From positions 608,001 to 672,000 of the forward strand of contig CAWDEM010000004.1 of NCBI GenBank assembly GCA_963801355.1: DNA of 64,000 nt, in the 5' to 3' direction. This DNA comes from Ignavibacteriota bacterium. GTDB taxonomy: Bacteria > Bacteroidota > Ignavibacteria > UBA10030 > UBA6906. This document shows, one piece after another, positions 1 through 8,471 of the stretch. A program made the translations under genes and the position numbers. Positions within the stretch are counted from its first letter, which is position 1. Every line of letters starts with the position of its first letter. The notes below the pieces were generated by a model that saw only the letters and a program-made list of their open reading frames with translations, was not told the DNA's origin and searched no databases.

Positions 1-2
1 GA

Positions 3-296
3 GACGACGCATGGCAGACGCTTCTCAAAGCGCGGGCGATCGAGAATCAGATCTTTGTCGTCGGGTGCAACGCGCGGGGGTCGGAGGGCGGATTTTCCTA
101 CATCTTCGATCCGCTGGGGCGGCTTGTGCTGAGTACCCGTGAGAAACCTGCAGCGCCTTCACATAGTGTCCGGCTGGACTTTGATCTCATCCGCGAAGCA
201 CACGCCGGTCACAGGAATCTTCATGATGCCACATTCCTGCAAGAGACCCGGTTTCCTTCCCGCTTCGCGCGGCGATCTCTCTTCCGCGATTTATGA
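3..296 (+). CDS. Carbon-nitrogen hydrolase (nitrilase family), C-terminal fragment cut by window start
   Basis: Hand translation of frame 3 gives AWQTLLKARAIENQIFVVGCN...SYIFDPLG, the typical C-N hydrolase motif; TGA at 294-296. Not in the ORF track. Confidence 0.85.
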   Translation, partial: DDAWQTLLKARAIENQIFVVGCNARGSEGGFSYIFDPLGRLVLSTREKPAAPSHSVRLDFDLIREAHAGHRNLHDATFLQETRFPSRFARRSLFRDL

Positions 297-710
297 TCGT
301 TGCTTCGTCCCGTGCCGGGAGGAACGGTACTCTCTGCTTGCAACGGTATGGATTCCCCCTCTCACGCGGTAGTCGGCAACCACCTTCATCCACTTCGGGC
401 GGGCGCACTTCACGAGATCATCCAGGATTCTGTTGACGAGGTGCTCCTGGTACATTCCGACATTGCGGTAGCTGAACAGGTAATATTTCAGGGACCGGAG
501 TTCGATAATGGCCTTTGCGGGGGTGTAGTCGATGCGAATGGTGGCGAAATCCGGTAATCCTGAATACGGACAGACCGATGTGAATTCGTCCGTATCAATG
601 GTGACAACGATGTCCCGTCCCGGATACTCATACGGGAATGTCTCCAGCGCGGAGACATCGATTGTTGACGCGGCGGCCGTGTCGTACCGGCGATCCAGAG
701 CTTGGACCAT
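291..710 (-). CDS. queF: NADPH-dependent preQ0 (7-cyano-7-deazaguanine) reductase, type I
   Basis: EFTSVCPYSGLPDFA with catalytic Cys, ELRSLKYYL, QEH and RGG motifs; start moved to ATG 710 with AAGGGAG upstream. Confidence 0.95.
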   Translation of the reverse strand: MVQALDRRYDTAAASTIDVSALETFPYEYPGRDIVVTIDTDEFTSVCPYSGLPDFATIRIDYTPAKAIIELRSLKYYLFSYRNVGMYQEHLVNRILDDLVKCARPKWMKVVADYRVRGGIHTVASREYRSSRHGTKQRS

Positions 711-757
711 ACGCAGAGTCTCCCTTGTCTTTTGTGATATTCCCTCGTAGATTGCCC

Positions 758-787
758 AATATAGGTGTTTCGGGCGGTAAAGTACAA
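758..787 (-). promoter_or_regulatory. Putative sigma-70 promoter of queF
   Basis: TTGTAC-N18-TATATT on the minus strand. Confidence 0.5.
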
Positions 788-837
788 GCAGCATTCGACT
801 CGATTCTCTGGTGAGCAGGCACAGGGCAGGAGCGCAC

Positions 838-1341
838 ATGAAATCTCTCCTCATGAACTCTCTCATGGGTGGCATCATACTTATTGCGGGATACTTCGCG
901 GGTTGCGGAGCCGGGACCGACGCCGTGAAACCCGACGGTGTGCTCGGGATGATGGTCAGGAGCCAGCTCCCCGCGGCCTACCAGGCTGCATACGACACGG
1001 TACAGATCGAGAAGGATTTCATTGAGCTGATACGGATAGCAGGGGAAGGGGTGGAGACGAAAGTGTTCCTCGGCACCTGGTGTTCTGACAGCCGTCGCGA
1101 GGTGCCGCGGTTTCTGAAGGTGATGGATCTCGCAGGGGCATCACCTGCCGCCTTCACACTCATTGGTCTTGACAGGAAGATGAAGAGTCCGGGAGGAAGT
1201 GAGGCCCCGTTTCACATTGAGCGCGTGCCGACGTTTGTTTTCCTCAAGCAGGGGAAGGAGATCGGCCGCATCGTCGAAACTCCGCACACCAGCATTGAGG
1301 GTGACATGGTCACCATCCTGGCATCCGGAATGAATCAATAA
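838..1341 (+). CDS. Thioredoxin-family protein (CxxS), probable lipoprotein
   Basis: GTWCSDS active-site motif, cis-Pro motif RVPTF, hydrophobic N-terminus ending FAGC. Confidence 0.8.
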   Translation: MKSLLMNSLMGGIILIAGYFAGCGAGTDAVKPDGVLGMMVRSQLPAAYQAAYDTVQIEKDFIELIRIAGEGVETKVFLGTWCSDSRREVPRFLKVMDLAGASPAAFTLIGLDRKMKSPGGSEAPFHIERVPTFVFLKQGKEIGRIVETPHTSIEGDMVTILASGMNQ

Positions 1342-1368
1342 CGGCCATCGAAGCTCCTTCCGCTCCGG

Positions 1369-1397
1369 TTGACATTCGTCTGTCGTTTGGATATATT
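1369..1397 (+). promoter_or_regulatory. Sigma-70 promoter of the TPR/coiled-coil gene pair
   Basis: TTGACA-N17-TATATT; the TTG taken as ORF start in the track is the -35 box. Confidence 0.7.
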
Positions 1398-1458
1398 TTC
1401 GGGGCTGTGCCGGGCATCGGCCAGGAAAAGAACCAGTGTTTATGCCGGAAGTGCTACT

Positions 1459-3711
1459 GTGTCCAATGAGTCCGACAAGCAATACGAAGAAGACCGCGAG
1501 CGGCTGCTAGAGGAAATCCGGCGTCGCGCGGAAGAGGCTGAACTGCAGCGCCTTGATGAGGAGGAAAAGGCGATGCAGCAAGACGCGGAGGCCACACCGA
1601 TTTCCGAAGAGTCCTTCACTCCACCGGAAATCGATCTGCCGCTTCCCCCCCTTTCACCGGTTCCACCGCTTTCCCCGCCTCCCCAGTCTTCTCCCCTCCC
1701 GCCCCAGTACCCGCAATCGGAGGGAAAGGAAATATCCCCCCATGAAGCGCTGGAGGAAGCGCGCCGGTTCTATCAAAACGAACGCTACGACAAGGCCCTC
1801 GAGTGGGTTGCGAAGGTATTGACGAACTACCCCGGACTGCGTGAGGCATCGAAGCTTCGAGAAGATATTCTGCGTGCACAAAGCCTGGCTGAAGTTGTCC
1901 GCACGGAGGAGGCCCGTCACCGTGCGACCAAGCTGGAGCCCCTTCCGCCTCCGCCACCTCCCCAGCCTGTCTCTTCCCCCGATCGGCCGGAGAGTGACTT
2001 CTGGGGCCCGACAAAGGTACCTTCGGAAACAGAGGAGCTCATCCCTGCCGTCAAGGAAGCGGGACCATCGAAGCCGCCCCCCCCTCCGCTCGCCGACCGC
2101 GCGGTTGCCAAGTTGTCGCGCGTACACATCCCCATCAAACCGATTCTGATCGCCAGCGCGGCTGTGATCGGAGCAGTGTTGATCTACATTATCATTGACA
2201 GTGTGATTAAAGCGGTCGCCCCTCCGCAACGTGTTCTCCTCGTGCTCCCTGTCGCCCCCGCGACGGCCGACGAGGGGGAACAGCTACTTGCAGACGGACT
2301 GACGGAAGACATCATTCAGACGATCGGTCATGCCCCGGATCTGCGGATCATTGCTCCGGCGTCGGCATTCAACAGCCGGACCCTTTCACAGCGACCCCAG
2401 CCGCTTGCACGCACGCTGAAGGCAGGATTCGTTCTTTCATCAAATATTCAATTGCTCGGGACGACGTTGGTGTGGAAGGCGGCGCTGTTCGATACCCTGG
2501 AGGAAGCCGCGGTCTGGAGAGGGTCTCTCGAGAGTCCGCTCTCCGATTTCTCCTCACGCCGGCTGGAATTGGCGCGGCAGATTGTCGAGGCGATGCAAAT
2601 CGCAGTGCCGTCGGCTGACAATCCTCTGGCGACTGCATCGCGGGCCGTACCGCTGCAAAGTTTTGGCCTCTATCTTCAGGCGCGGGGGCTGACGCGTTCA
2701 GCGGCCCCCAATGCACTTCCCAGGGCCAGGGAGCTGCTGCAACAGGTCGTTCAGGCGGATTCGAACTGGGGGGAAGGCTGGGCTGCTCTCGGGTGGGTTG
2801 CGATGCTTGAGATGGAAAGGACGCCGGGTGTTCCGCGCGCGGAAGCGTTGAACGTGCTGCCCTTCGTCCAGCGTGCAATAGCCCGCGGAGCCCGTGTTGC
2901 GGAGACATTCCGCGCCTGGGGAATGATCGAGACGTTCAGTGCCAATTATCCCAAAGCTATCGAACGATATAGAAATGCGCTCGACCTTTGTCCGGGGGAC
3001 GCCGAAACTCTCCGGCGGCTTGCAAGTATCTTGACGCTGCGGGGAATGAAGGAAGAGGCGCTCCGTGCCGCGTCGGAGGCAGCGCAATGGGATCCGCTTG
3101 ATCCCGAGGCGCTGACGGTACGCGGCCTTGTCCTGCAGTTGTATGGGGATTTCAAGGAAGCCGAACAGAGTTATGCGCGCGCCAAACAGGTTGCTCGCGG
3201 GCGTGCGGAACAGGCGGCGGACCTTCATACCGACTGTCTGGTATACCTGCAGCGTGCCGGTGATGCACTTCTCGCGGCGACCGACATCGCGGCCCGGCGC
3301 CGGGAGGATCCCATCAGTCACTACCGGCTCGGTCGTGTGTCGCAGATCGCCGGCCAGCCAATTCAGGAATGGCAGAATGTCTTCAGACAGACACTCGTAT
3401 TGATTGACCAGAAACTTCGTACCTCACCGGAAGATCCGGCGATGTTGACACTGCAGGCGCTCACGTGCACGCGCCTCGGGCAATTCAAGGATGCCCTTGA
3501 GGCGGATGCCAGGGCGTTACGCTCCGCTCCCAATAATCTCGATGTCTTATACGGCACTGCACGCATGTATGCCCTGCAGCGCGACCAGAAGCAGGCTGCC
3601 GCGTTTCTTTCGCAAGCGGTGGACGCACGCTATGATCTTGGCAGGATAGTGGATATGGATTTTTTCAATGTGAGAGCAGACCAGGATTTTCTCCGCGCAA
3701 TTTCACGCTAG
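1459..3711 (+). CDS. Single-pass membrane protein: Glu/Pro-rich N-terminus, TM helix, TolB-N-like module and TPR array
   Basis: TM ILIASAAVIGAVLIYIII; LADGLTEDII...DLRIIAPASAF motif; several TPR units (ALDLCPGDAE, AAQWDPLDPE, ALRSAPNNLD); GTG start at 1459 downstream of the promoter. Confidence 0.75.
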   Translation: MSNESDKQYEEDRERLLEEIRRRAEEAELQRLDEEEKAMQQDAEATPISEESFTPPEIDLPLPPLSPVPPLSPPPQSSPLPPQYPQSEGKEISPHEALEEARRFYQNERYDKALEWVAKVLTNYPGLREASKLREDILRAQSLAEVVRTEEARHRATKLEPLPPPPPPQPVSSPDRPESDFWGPTKVPSETEELIPAVKEAGPSKPPPPPLADRAVAKLSRVHIPIKPILIASAAVIGAVLIYIIIDSVIKAVAPPQRVLLVLPVAPATADEGEQLLADGLTEDIIQTIGHAPDLRIIAPASAFNSRTLSQRPQPLARTLKAGFVLSSNIQLLGTTLVWKAALFDTLEEAAVWRGSLESPLSDFSSRRLELARQIVEAMQIAVPSADNPLATASRAVPLQSFGLYLQARGLTRSAAPNALPRARELLQQVVQADSNWGEGWAALGWVAMLEMERTPGVPRAEALNVLPFVQRAIARGARVAETFRAWGMIETFSANYPKAIERYRNALDLCPGDAETLRRLASILTLRGMKEEALRAASEAAQWDPLDPEALTVRGLVLQLYGDFKEAEQSYARAKQVARGRAEQAADLHTDCLVYLQRAGDALLAATDIAARRREDPISHYRLGRVSQIAGQPIQEWQNVFRQTLVLIDQKLRTSPEDPAMLTLQALTCTRLGQFKDALEADARALRSAPNNLDVLYGTARMYALQRDQKQAAAFLSQAVDARYDLGRIVDMDFFNVRADQDFLRAISR

Positions 3712-3739
3712 AACAACGGACGACAAAGGACGGCAGAAC

Positions 3740-6700
3740 GTGCCAGAAGTCGACGACGCACAACGACAGGAACGACGTAAGAAGGCCGGTGACCTCCTGA
3801 AGATGGCAGACAAGCTCTTCAAGGGGAGCGACTTCGAGGGTGCAGCGCGATTAGTGCATATGGCGATGGAAACGGATCCGCAAAACGCGTATGCCCTCGC
3901 GTACCAGGAGCGTGTGAAGTATGCCATCGCGCAGCGCGACACTCAGCGACAGGAGGCCGCAAAGGGGGAAAAGTCAGGATCCGCTGAAAGTCCCGCCGTT
4001 GGTGATGCAACAAAGCCCGGTGCCGGACCGCGACCGTCTCCCGAGGAGATCAAGAAAAAGCTCGAACAAGCTCAGAAGAAGATTGCACAGGAGCGGGCCC
4101 GCGCGGAGGCTGCAGGCCAGACGCCGGAGAAACCGCCGGCGCCGGACGTCGCTGTTTCTGAAAAGCCCGGCACGCCGGAGCTGCGGAAAGAGCTCGAGGA
4201 GGCGCTGCAGTACCGCGCCGCCCTGCAAGCGCAGTTGAACGAGGTGCAGCGAGCCCTCGACACCGAGCGTGCACAGTGGAATGCCGACCTGCAACGATTG
4301 CGGAGTGAATGGGAGCAACGGCTGCAGGAAGAGCGCCAGGCTCTCGAACAGAAGCGTGCCGAATCCGAAGCGCAGCTGGAATCCGTCGCCACAACACTCC
4401 GCACGCAATTGGAGGAGGCAATCCACACGCGTGCGACCCAGCAACAGCAGGTCCACGAGTTGCAGGCACTGCTCAATCAGAGCCGCGCCGCTTCGCAGGA
4501 TGAGCTCGCGACGGCACGGAATGTCCTGGAGGACCAGCTGCAGGCATTGCACCAGCAGCTGGAGCAAGCCCGGGAGACCGCGCTTCAGGAACGGCAGCAG
4601 TGGGAAGCCGAACGCACACGGGAAATGGAGAGCACCTCCGCCGGTTGGGAACAACGACTCGCCGAGGAGCAGCGGCGTCTCGCACAGAAGGGCGAAGAGG
4701 CTACACAGCGACTGCATGGGGAGATTGCTGCCTTGCGCAGCGAGCTTGAGGAAACCGCACTCGGTCGCGATGCCGCCCTGCAGAAGGCGGAAGGACTCGA
4801 CGAGAAACTGGCCGAAGCCCAGCGGATACTTGAGGAAGAACGGAAGATCTGGATCGAGGAGCGTGATGGCGAACGCGCAGCCACGGAGACACAGTGGAAT
4901 CAGCGTCTTGCCGATGAAGTGGGCCTCAGGGAAACGGTGGAGGCCGATCTGCGCGGTCAACTGGCTGCGTTGACAGAAAAGTACGACAGCTTGCTGGAAA
5001 GGTTTGATACTCTGCAGCAGCAACACGAGGAGGTTGTCGCACGCTTTGCCGAAGAATCTCTCCGTTGGGAAACCGATCGTGAGAGCCTCCAGCAGGGGAT
5101 GCGTGAGGAGGAAGAACGCAAGCTGGCGGATGAACGCCGGCGTTTCGAGGAGATGCACGCGCAGCGGGTCGAAGCGGACCTTGACGCGTGGGAATCGCGC
5201 CTGAAGGAAGAGCGGATCCAGTGGGAGAATGAGCACAAGGAAGCGGAGCGGGCGCTTCAGGCCCGCCATATCGTGGAACTGTCCGCGGTGAAGGAGGAAT
5301 TGCTGAGTGTTGCCCAGGTCCGCGTCCAGGAGGAATCACAGGCACTTCAGGATCTCCGGCGCAAGCTGGAACAGGAAGCCACACAACGGATCGAAGCCGC
5401 CTCCACGAAGTTCCAGGAGGAACGCCAGCGGATGGAGCTCGAAATGCAGTCGCGCCTCGCTGACGAGACACACCGTCAGGAGGATCTGCGACGCGAGAAG
5501 GATGAACTGCTGACACAGCTTGACGGGCTTCGTGCCACGTCGGAGACCGAACGGCGGCGCATCGAAGAGGAGCTCCAGAACCGGATTCTCACCGAGCGGG
5601 CGAGCGCCGCGGACGAACTCCGGGAGCGGCTTGAAGCACGTTTTGAGCAGGAACGCGAGGCACTGCAACGGTCCATCCGAGCCGGCGTGGAAGCGGAGAT
5701 GCAGGAACGGTTCAGTGAAGAACGGACGGCGTTTGTGCGCGAACAACAGCGCCTTGAAGACGAAGTGCGCCGTCTGGACGACAAGCGCCAGCTCGAGGTG
5801 CAGGAGGGCCAGGCAGCCCGATCGCAGGTTGAGGAATTCCAGCAGCGGCTGGTCGAGGAGCAACACGTTCACGAGAAGCGCAGTCAGGAGGTCCTTGAAG
5901 CCGCCCAGCAGCGATGGAGGATGGAACAGGATCGTCAGATGGAGGAGATGCGGACCAGACTCATCGCGGAGTACGAACGGAAAATCGAAGAGGGGCAGCA
6001 GAGCGCAGAGGAACAACGTAATCGCGATCACTCGGAAGCTCTTGAAGCACGGCGCGAGATTGAAGAGCAATTGCGAAGGGAATTTGAAGCGTCACTGATG
6101 AACCGTCTCAAGGAAGAACGGGAGCGTATCCAGCGGGAGTATCAGGATCGGATCGAAGGGGAGCGTACGCGTGTTGAATCTGAACTCCGCGCCGCATTCG
6201 ACGCCGAGGCCCAGCGTCGGAGTGACGAGGAGGCCCGGCTGGCACGCGAGGATCGGAAGGCCCACGAGGCGGAAGAGCAGGAGCGACGGAAGCAGGAAGA
6301 AGCCCGGAAGTACGAAGAGGCCGTGCGGCAGGCAATTGAGGAAGGCAGACAGAAGGCCCATCTCCGGAAAATCGCCTCGCATATTGAACAGGCCAATGCT
6401 CTCCTCACCAAGGCGCGGTTTGCACAGGCACTGGAAGAGGTTTCACGGGTGTTCGCACTTGACCCGTCCCATGAGGAAGCGCTGGCACTGGAGCACTCCA
6501 TACGGTCGGCGCAAGTAGCGCATGAGCGCCGCAAGGAGACCGCGCACAAGCTGCAGGAAGAGCAAAAGCGCCGGCTTGAAGAGGTGCAGAAACGCCAGAA
6601 GGAACAGGAGCAAAAAGAGCGGCTCCTGCAGAAGGAACGTGCCGCACGGGACGAAACCACCGTCCAGCGCATCGCGCGGGCTGCGGAATACCGCCGCCTG

Positions 6701-7225
6701 GGAGCGCTGGACAGATCGCTGAACGAGATACAGGCGGTGTTGGCAATGGACCCCGGCAACAGCGAGGCACAGGATATGGAGATCTCCATCCTCACCCAGC
6801 TGAAAGGCCATACCGAAGTCCGCGCGGCTGTCGCGCGCCGGACTGAACTGGAAGAATCCTCGGACCTTGAAGAAGTCCGGCGGAAACAGGAAGAAAGTGC
6901 CGGCCGGGACCATCTGCGTGAAGAATCAACCCAGGTATACCGCAGCATGCTGAAACGGGCCTGGATGCAGGGCGTGCCGGGACGCGACACCCGTGCCATG
7001 CTTGATGTAGCCAGGGTATCGCTCGGGATCAATGAGCATGAGCACACGATGCTTGAAAGCCAGGTGCAGCTGGAGAGCTACCGGGAGGCGCTGGGTATGG
7101 CACTGAAAGCATCATTGCTCGATATGGGCGACGCCGATGCGATGGATGGCCTCAGGACCAGGTTCGATGTGGAGACGCAGGCCCATGAGGCAATCCTCCA
7201 ATCTCTCCAGCGCCGTTCTTCGTGA
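3740..7225 (+). CDS. Very long E/Q/R-rich coiled-coil protein with isolated TPR-like hairpins and a duplicated C-terminal helical repeat
   Basis: 1161-aa ORF, about 800 aa of heptad-like E/R/Q/L sequence; AAGGA RBS before GTG. Confidence 0.8.
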   Translation: MPEVDDAQRQERRKKAGDLLKMADKLFKGSDFEGAARLVHMAMETDPQNAYALAYQERVKYAIAQRDTQRQEAAKGEKSGSAESPAVGDATKPGAGPRPSPEEIKKKLEQAQKKIAQERARAEAAGQTPEKPPAPDVAVSEKPGTPELRKELEEALQYRAALQAQLNEVQRALDTERAQWNADLQRLRSEWEQRLQEERQALEQKRAESEAQLESVATTLRTQLEEAIHTRATQQQQVHELQALLNQSRAASQDELATARNVLEDQLQALHQQLEQARETALQERQQWEAERTREMESTSAGWEQRLAEEQRRLAQKGEEATQRLHGEIAALRSELEETALGRDAALQKAEGLDEKLAEAQRILEEERKIWIEERDGERAATETQWNQRLADEVGLRETVEADLRGQLAALTEKYDSLLERFDTLQQQHEEVVARFAEESLRWETDRESLQQGMREEEERKLADERRRFEEMHAQRVEADLDAWESRLKEERIQWENEHKEAERALQARHIVELSAVKEELLSVAQVRVQEESQALQDLRRKLEQEATQRIEAASTKFQEERQRMELEMQSRLADETHRQEDLRREKDELLTQLDGLRATSETERRRIEEELQNRILTERASAADELRERLEARFEQEREALQRSIRAGVEAEMQERFSEERTAFVREQQRLEDEVRRLDDKRQLEVQEGQAARSQVEEFQQRLVEEQHVHEKRSQEVLEAAQQRWRMEQDRQMEEMRTRLIAEYERKIEEGQQSAEEQRNRDHSEALEARREIEEQLRREFEASLMNRLKEERERIQREYQDRIEGERTRVESELRAAFDAEAQRRSDEEARLAREDRKAHEAEEQERRKQEEARKYEEAVRQAIEEGRQKAHLRKIASHIEQANALLTKARFAQALEEVSRVFALDPSHEEALALEHSIRSAQVAHERRKETAHKLQEEQKRRLEEVQKRQKEQEQKERLLQKERAARDETTVQRIARAAEYRRLGALDRSLNEIQAVLAMDPGNSEAQDMEISILTQLKGHTEVRAAVARRTELEESSDLEEVRRKQEESAGRDHLREESTQVYRSMLKRAWMQGVPGRDTRAMLDVARVSLGINEHEHTMLESQVQLESYREALGMALKASLLDMGDADAMDGLRTRFDVETQAHEAILQSLQRRSS

Positions 7226-7343
7226 ATGGGGTGCACCTTCGCCGTACTGTGACACTGACTCTCCGAAGCATCGTCATGTCGCCCCCGAAAATGCAAATGC
7301 AATTTTTCATTGGCCTACTGCCTGAAGGGAAAGACGTACACCC

Positions 7344-8429
7344 ATGAAACTGAGTCGGATTGGAATACTTACCGGGGGAGGCGACTGCCCCGGCTTGAAT
7401 GCGGTTATCCGGAGCATAGCCAAGCCCGCCATGCGCCATTTCAATGCCCAGGTCATCGGGATACTCGATGGCTATGAGGGTATGGTTGAAGGACGGCATA
7501 GAGAGCTGAGTCCGCTGGATGTCACCGGCATCATCAACCAGGGAGGGACCATCCTCGGGACATCCAACAAAGGAGACCCCTTTCACTTTCCGATGGGAGA
7601 ACGGAACAACGTCCGCATCATTGATGCATCCCAACAGGTCATCGATCACTACCGCGACATGAAGCTGGATGTGCTTATCACCATCGGAGGGGATGGCACG
7701 CAGATTATTGCACACAAGCTGTCGGGCATGGGCCTGAACGTCATCGGTGTTCCCAAAACCATAGACAACGACCTCGACTCGACGGATATCACGTTCGGAC
7801 ATGATTCGGCGCGCGCGGTAGCCACGGAAGCCATAGACCGGCTGCAGACGACAGCCTCCGCCCACCACCGCGTCATCGTGCTGGAGACGATGGGCCGGTA
7901 CGCGGGCTGGATCGCCCTCGGTGCAGGTCTTGCCGGCGGTGCGGATATCATACTGATCCCCGAGATCCCATTTTCCTGGGACAAGGTCTTTGACACCGTC
8001 CTCATGCGCAGCAAGGGAGCGAAGTTCAGCATCGTGTGCATTGCGGAAGGAGCGAAGCCCCTGGGAGGAGAGATCTCCGTCAAAGAGATCGACAGGAAAC
8101 GCACCGATCCGGTGCGCCTCGGCGGAATCGGCGAAATGGTGGCCAAGCGCATCGAGGATGAGACCGGTGTGGAAACCCGCGTAACAGTCCTGGGACATGT
8201 CCAGCGCGGCGGAAGCCCCACGGCCTTCGATCGCATTCTTGCGACCAGATTCGGAGCCGCCGCGCTTCAGGCCGCATCCGCCGGTGAGTTCGGCGTCATG
8301 ACCAGTTTACGTCAAAACGACGTGATCACCGTTGCGTTGAAAGATGCCGTGGGACGCCAGCGACTTGTCCCTATCGATTCGCAACTGGTGTTTGCTGCAC
8401 GTGCAGTTGGTACTTGTCTGGGGGATTGA
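7344..8429 (+). CDS. pfkA: 6-phosphofructokinase (GGDG/PKTIDND signature, probably ATP-dependent group III)
   Basis: TGGGDCPGLN, IGGDGT, PKTIDND, ETMGR and LGHVQRGG motifs. Confidence 0.95.
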   Translation: MKLSRIGILTGGGDCPGLNAVIRSIAKPAMRHFNAQVIGILDGYEGMVEGRHRELSPLDVTGIINQGGTILGTSNKGDPFHFPMGERNNVRIIDASQQVIDHYRDMKLDVLITIGGDGTQIIAHKLSGMGLNVIGVPKTIDNDLDSTDITFGHDSARAVATEAIDRLQTTASAHHRVIVLETMGRYAGWIALGAGLAGGADIILIPEIPFSWDKVFDTVLMRSKGAKFSIVCIAEGAKPLGGEISVKEIDRKRTDPVRLGGIGEMVAKRIEDETGVETRVTVLGHVQRGGSPTAFDRILATRFGAAALQAASAGEFGVMTSLRQNDVITVALKDAVGRQRLVPIDSQLVFAARAVGTCLGD

Positions 8430-8471
8430 TGGCGCGGGTGTGCCGTCACGGATGTGCAGAGAATTGATCTC

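Noticed and set aside
711-760. preQ1 riboswitch upstream of queF
   Set aside because: No stem-loop plus A-rich tail matching the preQ1-I consensus; the leader is short and explained by promoter and RBS.
1620-2100. C-rich low-complexity runs
   Set aside because: They encode Pro-rich linkers of the TPR protein and are not DNA repeats or contingency tracts.
3974-7047. Long antisense ORFs (431, 244 and 301 aa) over the coiled-coil gene
   Set aside because: Leu/Phe/Ser-rich mirror images of GAG/CAG/GAA codons; shadow ORFs.
3740-7225. SMC/Rad50 or phage tape-measure identity for the coiled-coil protein
   Set aside because: No Walker motifs, hinge or CxxC hook, and no phage genes nearby.
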